From positions 2,432,001 through 2,496,000 of the forward strand of contig OY970173.1 of assembly GCA_963707635.1 (NCBI GenBank): DNA of 64,000 bases, written 5' to 3'. A program made the translations under genes and the position numbers. The DNA comes from Candidatus Latescibacterota bacterium. GTDB lineage: Bacteria > Krumholzibacteriota > Krumholzibacteriia > WVZY01 > JAKEHA01. The notes under the pieces were generated by a model. It made no database searches. It was not told the origin of the DNA and worked only from the letters and a program-made list of their open reading frames with translations. This document shows positions 9,061-19,065 of the stretch, piece after piece (the stretch's first letter is position 1; the number at the start of each line of letters is the position of its first letter).

Positions 9061-9963
9061 AAAGATGCGCCCGAACTCTTCCGCCAGCTCGAACGACGCG
9101 TCCACCGAACGCGGGTTGCGCGAATCGAGGTACTCGACGTTGACACCCAGCCGATCCTCCGGAAACCCGATCTGGGTGGCGAACGACGAGAGCCGGTCCC
9201 ACACCCCGGTCAGACACGAGATCGACGCCTCGCGCATGCTGCGCGCGCCTTTGAGCATCCTCTCGACGTCGCGGGGCATGAACACGCCGAGCGTCTTCTT
9301 GGCGAAGGTGATGTCCTCGGGTGCCACGAACGGCGAGAAGGTGAGGAACACCTTGGGCAGCTCGGACACCTCGAGCCGCTGCACCAGATCGAGCAGCAGA
9401 CAGCACATCCACTCGCTCTCGTATAGAATCTGCGTGCTGAAGAAGCGAAACCCGTGCGCCTGGATCTTCTGGATGACGCGATCCACTTCGTCTTCGGAGG
9501 CGGGGCGGGCGACGAACTGGCGCCGTCGCGTCGGGATGATGATGCCGCCGCAGCGAAAGCCGCGCGCGGCGGCGAGTGCCGCGGCCGCGCCCAGCGTCAG
9601 CGCGCCGTCCGGATAGGCCTTCGCACCCGAATCTCCACCCACCACGAAGATGTCCCGGCACCCGATCGCCGCGGCGCGGTCCAGCCACACTTCCATCTCG
9701 GCGGGGGTGACGCCGGCAGCCACCTTGTACAGGCTGAGCGGCTTTTCGGTCAGCTCGCGAATCCAGCGCGCGAATTCCTCGTTGGGGACGCGCTCGCGCT
9801 CGCGCTGGAACTCGCCCGAGTCCTGCAGGTCGGGGACGCTCACGGCGTGGAACGAGTTGTAGCACGCGAAGCTCTGGCGCAGGACGGCGTACGCCTTGTC
9901 GCGGTCCGCGAGCGGCGGCGGACACGCCTCCAGGATGACACGAACGTTGGTAATTTCGGACAC
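9049..9963 (-). CDS. Mycobacterial-type (flavin-independent) methylenetetrahydrofolate reductase-like protein
   Basis: LEACPP, GIIIPTR, FFSTQILYE, PKVFLTFSPF and GVNVE resemble recalled Rv2172c/Mfr motifs (LELVPP, GVIVIPTR, MTQLLYS, PEILLSFGF). Probable GTG start at 9963. Confidence 0.65.
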   Translation of the reverse strand: MSEITNVRVILEACPPPLADRDKAYAVLRQSFACYNSFHAVSVPDLQDSGEFQRERERVPNEEFARWIRELTEKPLSLYKVAAGVTPAEMEVWLDRAAAIGCRDIFVVGGDSGAKAYPDGALTLGAAAALAAARGFRCGGIIIPTRRRQFVARPASEDEVDRVIQKIQAHGFRFFSTQILYESEWMCCLLLDLVQRLEVSELPKVFLTFSPFVAPEDITFAKKTLGVFMPRDVERMLKGARSMREASISCLTGVWDRLSSFATQIGFPEDRLGVNVEYLDSRNPRSVDASFELAEEFGRIFRKS

Positions 9964-10246
9964 GTCAGTCGACAGCAGACACCGGCGTCGGGCGGGCGCT
10001 CCCCCGGCCTTCAGGGGGGCGTAGCCACGCCGCAAGAGGCGGTAGTATGCGTGAAGTCGCGCGAATACTACTGCACGCGACCGCGGGGCACAACAGGAAA
10101 CCCGGGTGGGAAAAAGCTCGGGTCCGGCGCGTCAACCGACCCAGAACGGACGAGGTGGGTCCGCGTAAGCATCGATTCTCCAATCGACTCGCCGGTGGCA
10201 CGCGCGTTGCCCCGTACCCTGGCGGTGGTCCGCCGCCACCGTCACG

Positions 10247-13200
10247 ATGCACATCCGCCCAGTCATCGCCGCCGCCCTGGTGGCGGTCGCGCTCGCCGCC
10301 GACCTCCACGCCCAGACCCTGCCCGGGGGATTCTACGTCGAGAATGCCGCTTCCGGCGCGACTTTCGACACGCCGGTCGCGGTGGCGTTCGCGGCGGATG
10401 GCCGCGTCTTCGTGGCGGAAAAGTCAGGCGTGGTCTACGTCATCCAGAACGGGATCAAACTCGCGGCGCCGTTCATCGACCTCTCGTGGGACGTGCTGAA
10501 CCACCACGATCGGGGACTGCTGGGCATCGCCCTTGACCCGAGTTTTACGACCAACGGCCATGTCTACTTCCTCTATACCTTCGACTGGAACCAGGCCGGC
10601 GACACGCAGCGCACCGACGTGCCGGGTCGCCTCGTCCGTTACACGGCGAGTACAGCCAACCCAAACCTGGCCGACATCAATTCGCGGCTGGTGTTGCTGG
10701 GAAGCTCGTTTGCGAACGCGATTCCCGCGTGCTACTTCTCGCACGCGCCGGGTGCCCTGCGCTTCGGCACGGACGGCACCCTGCTGATCGCGGCCGGCGA
10801 CGGTGCCAGCTACAACGAGGTGGACCCGGGCGGTCTGTACCCGGACTGCTTCGGGTCCGGAAAGCTCCCGACCACCCAGGACATCGGTGCGTTCCGCGCC
10901 CAGTGGATTCAGAGCTACGCGGGCAAGATTCTCCGCGTCGATCCGGCGACGGGCAACGGGCTCCCGTCGAATCCGTATTACACGGGTAATGCCGCCGACA
11001 TCCAGTCGAAGGTGTGGGCGTACGGCCTGCGCAACCCCTATCGTTTCGGCGTACGGCCCAACGGCAGCGGGAATCCCGCCGACGGCAACCCGGGTTCCTT
11101 GTATATCGGCGACGTGGGCTGGAACACTTACGAAGAAATCAACGTCGCGCGCGCCGGTGGCGGCGAGAACTTCGGCTGGCCGTGCTACGAGGGCCCGAAT
11201 CCAAACGGCGCCTACCAGGCCGCGAACCCCGCGCACCACGGCTGCGCGACGATCGGGACCCCGCAGAATCCGTCGCCGCAAGTCCCCCCGCTCACCTACT
11301 GGCACCACGACAACGGCGGGCTGTCGTTCCCGCCCGGTGTCACCGGCGCCACGTCGATCGGCGGCGCGTTCTACACCGGCACGAAGTACCCGCCGTCGTA
11401 CCAGGGCGCCTACTTCTACGGCGACTACTCCGGCCAGTGGATCAAGGCGCTGGTGGTCAACACCAGCGACGATTACGTCTCCCAGTCCGACTTCGGCTCG
11501 TCGATGGGAGGGATCGTCGACATTCAGTACAACCCGGTCGACCAGTACCTCTATTACATCGATATCTTCAACGGGCAGGTCTTCCAGATCCGCCACGTCG
11601 ACGGAGACGCCAACAGCCCGCCAGTGGTGAGCGCGGCCGTCACGCCGCGCTGGGGCTACGCGCCGCTCCTGGTCCAGTTCGACGGAACCGCGTCGTACGA
11701 CCCGGATCAGGACCCGATCACCTTTGCATGGGATTTCGGCGACGGGGCGAGTGCCACCGGCGCCGTGACGTCCCACTCCTACGCCACCAACGGGACCTAC
11801 GTAGCCACGCTCACCGTGCGCGACGACTTCGGTGCCACCGCCACGGGGGTGGTCTCCATTTCGGTCGGCAATACCCCACCGCACGGGATCATCCGCTCCC
11901 CGGATAATGGCGCCAGCGCCTCGGTCGGTGACCAGATGCTGCTCTGGGCCCAGGCGACCGACGCCGAGTCGCCGGGGCAACTTTCCTTCCACTGGGAAGT
12001 GATTCAGACCCACAACCATCACGACCATCCGAACTTCTTCACCGCCGACGGTCCGATCGCGCAGTTCTACATCGCGGAACACGGACTCCCGAACGAGGTG
12101 AACTTCCTGCGCGTCGAACTGCGCGTGACCGACGCCGGCGGCCTGACCGACACCAGCCGGGTGTACATCGCGCTCAATCGCAACGGCGAGGCCGACATCA
12201 CGGACGAGGGCGCGGCCGGAGCACTCGTCACTTCGCCCGGCGGGTCCGGCAGCCCCGACCTCGCGGTGATTCACGACGGCGTGTTCCCCCCGGCCGGCAG
12301 CGGCGACCCGCTCGCGCAGTACGACACGTTCACCGACGGATCGCCGCGCGCACAGGACTGGGTTGAATACACCTTCCCGGGAACGCGCTATTTCTCGAAG
12401 CTGGTCTTTCAGGAGGGAATGCATTTCCCCAACGGAGGGTGGTTCGAAGCGCCCGGAGTCGAAGTGTTTGCCGACGGTATCTGGTCACCGGTCGAGTTCC
12501 TCCAGGCGGTCCCGCCCTACCGCGGCAACGACGGGGTCAGTTACGACATTTACGCCCTCACGTTCAAGGCGCACGCCGGAACCGGGATCCGCCTCATCGG
12601 GGCCCCGGGCGGGTCCGGCGACTACATCTCGATCGGCGAGCTCCGGGTCTTCGAGATCCCGCGCGCCCAGTTCAGCGCTGACACCCGAGCCGGCTCCAAC
12701 CCGCTCACGGTCCACTTCACCGACGAGTCGAACGTGACCGAACCCGAATCGTGGCTGTGGCGCTTCGGCGACGGCGCGACCAGCACCGAACAGCACGCTG
12801 CCCACGTGTACACGGTGCCCGGTCCCCACACGGTGAGCCTGACGGTGACGAGTGCGCAGGGCACCTACTTCGAGGAGAAACACGCGTACATCCTGGTGGG
12901 AGCGCCAGGGCTCGCCGCGGAGTACTTCGACGATCTCGGCCTGGCGACTCCCCGGCTGGCGCGTATCGACGCGGCGATCGACTTCAACTGGGGTACCGCT
13001 TCGCCCGACCCGTCCATCGGCGCGGACTCGTTCTCCGTGCGCTGGTCCGGATGGCTCCAGCCGCGGTACACGGAGACCTACCTGCTCCGCACGACGACCG
13101 ACGACGGGGTTCGCCTCTGGGTTGACGGTGCGCTCGTCATCGACAAGTGGGTCGATCAGTCCGCCACGGAGTGGAGCGCGTCGCTTCCACTGGTCGCCGA

Positions 13201-14269
13201 CGAGTTGCACGAGATCCGGATGGAATACTATGAGAAGGGAGGGGGCGCCACTGCACGGCTGCGATGGTCCTCGCCTGGCCAGGCGCTCGAGGTCATTCCG
13301 CAGTCGCGGCTGTGGGCGCGCGAGTGCGGAGCCGGTACCGGCGACATGGACGGCAACGGCACGCTGACCCCCGGCGACGCGTTGTGCGCGTTCAGCACAT
13401 TCTTGAACGGCCAGACGGTGCCTCCCTCGTGCGACGCGGCGAATTACGACTGCGAACGGGCGGCCGCGGACACCGATTGCAACGGCGCCGTCACTCCGGC
13501 GGATGCGCTGGCGGTCTATCAGCACTACCTCGCCGGACTCCCGCTCCAGATCTGCCTGGGACAGGCTGCGCCGGCGTCCTTCACGTCCAGCGTGGCAACG
13601 CCCCGGGTGTCGGTGGCGGTCGTGTCGTCGCCGGTCGACGGCTCGGTAGAGGTGTCGGCCACGGCGCTGGACGCGAGCGGGCTCGACGCCTTCGGCGCAC
13701 GCGTGGTCTTTCCCGCCGACGAGTTCACCTTCGATCGTCTGCTGCCCTCGCCGGATACCGGCGACTGGCTGATGCTGGACGCGCGGGCCACCGTCGCCGG
13801 GTCCGCTCAGGTCGGCGGCTGCAACCGCCACGGCCTCGGCAGCGAACCCGCGGAGCTGTTCCGGGTACGACTCCTTCCCGCCGGTGCCAACGCGCAGGCG
13901 AGTCACATCGTCGTTACGGATTTCGTCGACGACCTCGCGGGCGCCGTCGTGACCGATGCCCCCCCATCCGCGGCGCCGTCATCCGCGTTTCGCCTCCACC
14001 AGAATCGCCCGAATCCGTTCAACCCGGTCACGCGTATCTCCTTCGAAGTGCCCGCCGGCGCGGGGCGGGTGCCGGTCCGGCTGGCCGTGTACTCGGTGCG
14101 CGGCGAACTCGTGCGGGTGCTCGCGGACGGCGAACGCGCGCCCGGACCCTACGAAGCCACGTGGGACGGCCGTGACGAGCGCGGCGCGCCCGTGACCTCC
14201 GGCATCTACTTCTACCATCTGCGCGCCGGGACGTATTCCGCGTCGCGGCGCATGGTGCTGCTCAAATGA
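10247..14269 (+). CDS. Secreted modular PQQ-dependent sugar dehydrogenase (GSDH propeller, two PKD, PA14, dockerin-like, cohesin-like, FlgD-Ig)
   Basis: Signal peptide, DRGLLGIALDPSF, GKILRVDP, AYGLRNPYR, GDVGWNTYEEIN, WDFGDG/WRFGDG, TTDDGVRLWVDG, GDMDGNGTLTPGDA and HQNRPNPFNP. Confidence 0.88.
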   Translation: MHIRPVIAAALVAVALAADLHAQTLPGGFYVENAASGATFDTPVAVAFAADGRVFVAEKSGVVYVIQNGIKLAAPFIDLSWDVLNHHDRGLLGIALDPSFTTNGHVYFLYTFDWNQAGDTQRTDVPGRLVRYTASTANPNLADINSRLVLLGSSFANAIPACYFSHAPGALRFGTDGTLLIAAGDGASYNEVDPGGLYPDCFGSGKLPTTQDIGAFRAQWIQSYAGKILRVDPATGNGLPSNPYYTGNAADIQSKVWAYGLRNPYRFGVRPNGSGNPADGNPGSLYIGDVGWNTYEEINVARAGGGENFGWPCYEGPNPNGAYQAANPAHHGCATIGTPQNPSPQVPPLTYWHHDNGGLSFPPGVTGATSIGGAFYTGTKYPPSYQGAYFYGDYSGQWIKALVVNTSDDYVSQSDFGSSMGGIVDIQYNPVDQYLYYIDIFNGQVFQIRHVDGDANSPPVVSAAVTPRWGYAPLLVQFDGTASYDPDQDPITFAWDFGDGASATGAVTSHSYATNGTYVATLTVRDDFGATATGVVSISVGNTPPHGIIRSPDNGASASVGDQMLLWAQATDAESPGQLSFHWEVIQTHNHHDHPNFFTADGPIAQFYIAEHGLPNEVNFLRVELRVTDAGGLTDTSRVYIALNRNGEADITDEGAAGALVTSPGGSGSPDLAVIHDGVFPPAGSGDPLAQYDTFTDGSPRAQDWVEYTFPGTRYFSKLVFQEGMHFPNGGWFEAPGVEVFADGIWSPVEFLQAVPPYRGNDGVSYDIYALTFKAHAGTGIRLIGAPGGSGDYISIGELRVFEIPRAQFSADTRAGSNPLTVHFTDESNVTEPESWLWRFGDGATSTEQHAAHVYTVPGPHTVSLTVTSAQGTYFEEKHAYILVGAPGLAAEYFDDLGLATPRLARIDAAIDFNWGTASPDPSIGADSFSVRWSGWLQPRYTETYLLRTTTDDGVRLWVDGALVIDKWVDQSATEWSASLPLVADELHEIRMEYYEKGGGATARLRWSSPGQALEVIPQSRLWARECGAGTGDMDGNGTLTPGDALCAFSTFLNGQTVPPSCDAANYDCERAAADTDCNGAVTPADALAVYQHYLAGLPLQICLGQAAPASFTSSVATPRVSVAVVSSPVDGSVEVSATALDASGLDAFGARVVFPADEFTFDRLLPSPDTGDWLMLDARATVAGSAQVGGCNRHGLGSEPAELFRVRLLPAGANAQASHIVVTDFVDDLAGAVVTDAPPSAAPSSAFRLHQNRPNPFNPVTRISFEVPAGAGRVPVRLAVYSVRGELVRVLADGERAPGPYEATWDGRDERGAPVTSGIYFYHLRAGTYSASRRMVLLK

Positions 14270-14279
14270 GGCCGGAGCG

Positions 14280-16106
14280 ATGAGAACGACGATCCTTTTC
14301 GCCGCCGTCGGTGTCGTCCTCGCGGCGTCCGTCGCACGCGCGCAGATTTCCGTCAACCCGGCCGCATCGACCGCCGGCTCCGGCGGTCAGTACGCCTACG
14401 TCGCGCTCGACCTCGACAACCCGGCGGGGACACCGATCGATGCGTTCGGCTTCCAGATCGCGTATCCGACGAACCTGCTCACGTTCCAGTCGATGTCCAG
14501 CGCCGCGACGCTGACCCAGGGCTGGTTCGTCGTCTCGGGGTCCGAGAATTCCCCCGGTGTCGTGCAGGTCGGAGGCTTTCACTCGACGGCGACCACCGGC
14601 ACGGGCGTGCTCGTCTACGCGGTGTTCCTGGTGAAACCGAATGCGCTCGGCACCGGCGCCATCGCGCTGTCCGACTTCGTCGACGACTTCGCCGGTGCCA
14701 CCACCGTGAACGGTGTCTTCCAGGCGGGTGTCGCGCCCGGCGCCGCGGGGTTGCTCGGACACTACTACGACAACATCAACTTCACCGGCGCGTTGCTCAC
14801 CCGCGTCGATCCCGTCGTCAACTTCGACTGGGCCAGCGGCGCACCCGACCCGTCGATGGGAATCAACGATTTCTCGGTTCGGTGGACGGGCTGGGTACGG
14901 CCCGCTTTCACCGAGACCTACACGTTCTACAGCCAGACCGACGACGGCGTACGCGTGTGGGTAAACAACCAGCAGATCATCAACCACTGGGTCGACCAGT
15001 CCGTCACCGAATGGAACGGGAGCATCGCGCTCACCGCCGGAGCGCTGGTGCCGATCACGATGGAGTTCTACGAACGCGGCGGGACGGCGGTGGCGCGGCT
15101 CCTGTGGTCCTCCCCGAGCCTCGCGAAGCAGGTGATTCCCAGTTTGCGACTGCAGGCGACGCCGTGCGCGCAGGGCGTGGGCGACGTCGATGGAGACGGC
15201 CTCCTCGAGACGAGCGACGCCGTCTGCGCGTTCAGCGTGTTCCTGGAAGGCCAGCAACTCGCGCCCGGGTGTGACTATTCGACCAACGCGTGCGAGCTCG
15301 CCGCCGCCGACGCGAACTGCGACGGCGAGGTGACCCCGGGCGATGCCCAGGCCATCGAGCAGCGGCGCGCGGCCGGCCTTCCGCCCGCCGCGTGCTTCGC
15401 CACCGCGGCGGCGCCGGCCCAACCTCTCCAGCTTGCGCTCACGCAGGATGTGGTCGACGACGCGGGTACGCCGCGCCTTCTCGTCACGATCGCGGCGCAG
15501 GATGCGGCTGGCCTCGACGCCTTCGGCGGCAGACTCGTCTTTCCGGCGGCGGAGCTAACGTTCCAACGCGTCGAGTCCGGGTATGCCACCCGCGACTGGC
15601 TCGCCGTGGACGCGCGAATCGCCGACGCCGGTCAGCTTCGGATCGGCGGGTACGAACCCGTGGTCGCGGCCGAACCCGGCCCCGCTGTCATCTGCCACCT
15701 TTATTTCGACTTCAGCGGCCCGCCCCACGTCGTCGGCGGGCTCGCTTTCTCCGATCTGGTAGACGACTTTGCCGGGGCGACGATCGTGGGCACGGTCACC
15801 GCGGTGCCGTCGCTCACCGGCGAGTACCGACTGCACCAGAATCGGCCCAACCCGTTCAACCCGTCGACCCAGATCCCATACGAGGTGGCGGGCCCCCGCT
15901 CGGGAGAACACGTTCGCATCGCCATCTACGACGTGCGTGGGGCACTCATCCGCCTCCTGGTCGACGCCGACCACCCACCCGGCTCCTACCTCGCCACCTG
16001 GGATGGGCGTGCGAACGACGGGGCCGAAGTGTCCTCGGGAGTCTATTTCTGCTCGATGCGGGCGGGAGGGTATGCGCAGTCGCGTCGGATGGTCCTGCTC
16101 AAGTAG
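14280..16106 (+). CDS. Secreted non-catalytic modular protein (cohesin-like, PA14, dockerin-like, cohesin-like, FlgD-Ig)
   Basis: Signal peptide, DAFGFQIAYP...LSDFVDDFAGA, QTDDGVRVWVNN, GDVDGDGLLETSDA...ADANCDGEVTPGDA and HQNRPNPFNP. Paralogous to the C-terminal part of the upstream gene. Confidence 0.82.
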   Translation: MRTTILFAAVGVVLAASVARAQISVNPAASTAGSGGQYAYVALDLDNPAGTPIDAFGFQIAYPTNLLTFQSMSSAATLTQGWFVVSGSENSPGVVQVGGFHSTATTGTGVLVYAVFLVKPNALGTGAIALSDFVDDFAGATTVNGVFQAGVAPGAAGLLGHYYDNINFTGALLTRVDPVVNFDWASGAPDPSMGINDFSVRWTGWVRPAFTETYTFYSQTDDGVRVWVNNQQIINHWVDQSVTEWNGSIALTAGALVPITMEFYERGGTAVARLLWSSPSLAKQVIPSLRLQATPCAQGVGDVDGDGLLETSDAVCAFSVFLEGQQLAPGCDYSTNACELAAADANCDGEVTPGDAQAIEQRRAAGLPPAACFATAAAPAQPLQLALTQDVVDDAGTPRLLVTIAAQDAAGLDAFGGRLVFPAAELTFQRVESGYATRDWLAVDARIADAGQLRIGGYEPVVAAEPGPAVICHLYFDFSGPPHVVGGLAFSDLVDDFAGATIVGTVTAVPSLTGEYRLHQNRPNPFNPSTQIPYEVAGPRSGEHVRIAIYDVRGALIRLLVDADHPPGSYLATWDGRANDGAEVSSGVYFCSMRAGGYAQSRRMVLLK

Positions 16107-16143
16107 GCGCTCGTCTCCGGTCGGGGCGCGGCGGCAAAGAAAA

Positions 16144-16219
16144 TGGTGCGAAGGGACGGAATTGAACCGCCGACACAGGGATTTTCAGTCCCTTGCTCTA
16201 CCAACTGAGCTACCTTCGC
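16144..16219 (-). tRNA. tRNA-Phe (GAA)
   Basis: 76 nt: GCGAAGGTAGCTCAGTTGGTAGAGCAAGGGACTGAAAATCCCTGTGTCGGCGGTTCAATTCCGTCCCTTCGCACCA, with encoded CCA. Confidence 0.97.
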
Positions 16220-16247
16220 ACCTGGGAATGGGATTCTGGAGCACTGG

Positions 16248-16277
16248 ATCGTAGGAGAACGGGACCGGCCCCGTCAA
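16248..16277 (-). promoter_or_regulatory. Probable sigma70 promoter of tRNA-Phe
   Basis: TTGACG-18-TACGAT. Confidence 0.55.
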
Positions 16278-16320
16278 CCGGAATGCGTTTGGCGCCGCCG
16301 GCGCGGGCCCCTCCGGCCAC

Positions 16321-16355
16321 AAAGACACGGCGGGGCCCCCGAGGGGGCCCCGCCG
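16321..16355 (-). terminator. Hairpin terminator after the porin-cytochrome operon
   Basis: Stem CGGCGGGGCCCC/GGGGCCCCGCCG followed by TGTCTTT on the minus strand. Confidence 0.65.
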
Positions 16356-16390
16356 CGCGGGAAACCACAATTCACGGATCTGCGCGTCGT

Positions 16391-17428
16391 CTAGCGCGAG
16401 CCCTCTCCTCCGTCTTCCTTGCGCGCCGCAATCGGTGCCGGCGGCGGCGGCGGGTTGTTGTTCAGGTAGTCGATCGCCGACAGCAGGAGCCCGCTCATGT
16501 ACTGGCGGTTGTGCACGCCGATACTCCGGTCCTCCTCGACCAGCAGGAAGTTCCAGATCGCCCCGGCCTCGTCCGAGGTTCTGGTTCCGGCCGTGGGCAA
16601 GCCGGTCGAGGCATTGAGGAAGCCCCGCCCGACGAGGAGGGTGCGCAGCGAATCCACGAGTTCGGCGGTCTCGGTCTGCACCCCATCGATGTCAAAGTTG
16701 GTCGTGGTGCCGTGGCAAGGCACACAGGCAGCGGTGTTGAGGATCTCGCCCTCCTCGTCCACCCAGCGCATGTTCCAGGTGTGACCGCCCACCTTGCTGT
16801 TCCGCGTGTATTTCATGTGACAGTCCCAGCACCCGTTCTCGGTGGCAGAACGGTGCTCGGTTTGCTGGTACGAGTAGCCCGCATACTCGTATCCGTTCGA
16901 GCCCATGATCATGTCGCCCTGCACGCTGTGGTGGGGACCCCAGCGATTGTTGGCGATGGTGACGGTTCCGCCCTCCACGTACGTTTCGACATTCTCGCGT
17001 GCGTGGTGGCACGAGGCGCACAGGTTTCCGAAGCCGAGGTCGAACTTGAACCCGTTCTGCAACGCCTGCGTCTCTGTCACGCGGAGTCTGAAGTCGCCGT
17101 TGGTGTGCGGCGCGTGGCAGGTGAAGCAGTGGATTGCGGTGGGGTTATCGACGTTGGCCGGCATCGTCCCGGTTTCGATCCGCGACACAAACCCCTCGCT
17201 GGTATGACACCCGTTGCACGGCGTCGTGCTGCGGTTGGTGTTGAGACTGCTCCCGTGAACGGAATGCTCCCATTGCAAGGTATTTGCAATGATCTCCGTG
17301 TCCTGGTCCGAGTGACAGTTGAAACACGTTTGTGGAGTGGTGTCCTCGGCCACGGTCGTCACGCTACGGTCACACGCGTAGAGCGACGCCGCGGCTGCGA
17401 CACACACCCAGATTCGAAGTTGTTTCAT
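16391..17428 (-). CDS. Hexaheme c-type cytochrome lipoprotein (putative outer-surface partner of the porin-cytochrome complex)
   Basis: Lipobox LYAC and six CxxCH (CFNCH, CNGCH, CFTCH, CASCH, CWDCH, CVPCH). GGAGG RBS before ATG 17428. Confidence 0.88.
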   Translation of the reverse strand: MKQLRIWVCVAAAASLYACDRSVTTVAEDTTPQTCFNCHSDQDTEIIANTLQWEHSVHGSSLNTNRSTTPCNGCHTSEGFVSRIETGTMPANVDNPTAIHCFTCHAPHTNGDFRLRVTETQALQNGFKFDLGFGNLCASCHHARENVETYVEGGTVTIANNRWGPHHSVQGDMIMGSNGYEYAGYSYQQTEHRSATENGCWDCHMKYTRNSKVGGHTWNMRWVDEEGEILNTAACVPCHGTTTNFDIDGVQTETAELVDSLRTLLVGRGFLNASTGLPTAGTRTSDEAGAIWNFLLVEEDRSIGVHNRQYMSGLLLSAIDYLNNNPPPPPAPIAARKEDGGEGSR

Positions 17429-17469
17429 CGTGGTTTCCCTCCTGCAGCGCCGGCTCATCGCCGGCTGTC

Positions 17470-19062
17470 TCACTCCGTTGAAAAATCGTATCCGACGTTC
17501 AGCCAGACGACGTTCGCCGTGTAGTAGCGAGCGGCGACGAGGTAATCGTCGTAGTTGTAGACGTTGTACTTCGCATCGACGCTGAAACCCCGCGGAAGCG
17601 CGCAGCCGAGGTCGAACGAGAGGATCGACTTGACGATGTCCAGATCGTCGGTGATGCTCACGACGGTGACGCCGGCGCCCGCCGTGAGCCTGTCGAACAC
17701 ATCCGCGTGGACGCGCCCGGTGACAAAGTCGCTCTTCACGTGGTACCCACCCACGGTGTTGACATAATCGTCATCCGAATACTGATAGCTCACTTCCACG
17801 TGGGCCGCGTCGAGGCCGGCGTCGCCCGAGAACTCGTGGTCGTAGCGGCCGTAGGCCGAGGCGTAGAAGCCATCCGCCTGCGAGCCGATATCCGGCATCT
17901 CGCGGTTGCGCTCGGCGAGGCGACCGCCCACCGTGATGCCCGTTACGGGTTTGGTTTCGATGCGCGCGTCCCAGCGGTCGTACTCGGTGTCGCGCAGGAG
18001 CGTCTGGTCCTCTTCGTCTTCCTTGCTGCGCGTCGACCAGGAGAATCGGGCCGAAACCTTGTCCGCGCGCAGTGCGAGGGCCGCGCGGAGGTTGTCGTAC
18101 GTGGTCACCGAGCGGTCGTCGTCCCACGCCTCCCAGCCGTACCCGCCCGAGAGCGTCGCGATGCGGTAGCGCACCTCGATGTCGCCGTCGTGGATATACC
18201 GGTTGGTCCGGAGATTCGTCGCCTCGTCGTCGACCTGTCCGCCGTAGAAGCGGTATTTCGCGCGCAGCGCCGGCCACAGCGCGAGCACGCCCGTGTACTG
18301 GATCGTCTCCATGTCGTACCCGAGGCCCGACTCCTTGAGTTCGTTGCGTCCGATCGACGCGCGCACCACGTGGGTGAGTCGGTCGAAGAACAGGCCCGGG
18401 ACGTGCAGGTTCGCGGAATACACCCGCCCCTCGCGCTCGTTGAGCGCCGACACGTGGTCGGTCAGATTGGCGACGTCGGCCGCGATGGTCCCGCCGATGC
18501 CGTTGGACGCGCGCATCTGGGCCTCGATGCGGTAACGGTTCAGGTCGAAGTCGTAGGTCGTGCCCAGCGCGCTCTGGACACCGGACGGGTACCCGATCCG
18601 GTCGCCCTCCCGCGTCTGGAGGCCGTAGTCGGCCGAGAGCCAGATCCACTTCGCCGGGGTGAGCGACAGCGTCGACCAGAAGTCGCGCCGCATCGCGTCC
18701 ACCGCGCCCGCCGGGTCGAACACAAAGCGGCTCTCGTCGTAGCGCGACCGGAAGTGCAGCATCCCGGTACGGCGGAAGTCGAGCGTGCCGTTACGATCGT
18801 CGAGGTTGATGTCGTTGAGGTTGAAGCGAAGGTGCGTCTTCGGATTGAATCGGCCCTTGAGGTAGAGCGAGGTGACCGAGTAGCCCTCGTAGACGTTGAA
18901 CGTCTCCTGCATCACGCTCTGGTCGCCGACTTCGTCCTTGACGATACCGCCCATGCGGATCCCTCCGTCCCACACCGAGGTGGAATCGGCCCGGGCGCTC
19001 CCCGCGATCAGCATCGCGCTCGCCCATGCAAGGAGAATCAGGATCCGTCTCATGGTCATCAC
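17470..19062 (-). CDS. MtrB/PioB-like outer-membrane beta-barrel protein
   Basis: Signal peptide, alternating aromatic beta-strand pattern, C-terminal WLNVGYDF, and position directly after the decaheme gene. Start lies between 19053 and 19062. Confidence 0.78.
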   Translation of the reverse strand: MMTMRRILILLAWASAMLIAGSARADSTSVWDGGIRMGGIVKDEVGDQSVMQETFNVYEGYSVTSLYLKGRFNPKTHLRFNLNDINLDDRNGTLDFRRTGMLHFRSRYDESRFVFDPAGAVDAMRRDFWSTLSLTPAKWIWLSADYGLQTREGDRIGYPSGVQSALGTTYDFDLNRYRIEAQMRASNGIGGTIAADVANLTDHVSALNEREGRVYSANLHVPGLFFDRLTHVVRASIGRNELKESGLGYDMETIQYTGVLALWPALRAKYRFYGGQVDDEATNLRTNRYIHDGDIEVRYRIATLSGGYGWEAWDDDRSVTTYDNLRAALALRADKVSARFSWSTRSKEDEEDQTLLRDTEYDRWDARIETKPVTGITVGGRLAERNREMPDIGSQADGFYASAYGRYDHEFSGDAGLDAAHVEVSYQYSDDDYVNTVGGYHVKSDFVTGRVHADVFDRLTAGAGVTVVSITDDLDIVKSILSFDLGCALPRGFSVDAKYNVYNYDDYLVAARYYTANVVWLNVGYDFSTE

Positions 19063-19065
19063 CCG

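Noticed and set aside
16391..17428. Hexaheme as NrfA or an OmcS nanowire
   Set aside because: It has no CxxCK active-site motif, and six hemes alone do not show OmcS homology. It is also a predicted lipoprotein.
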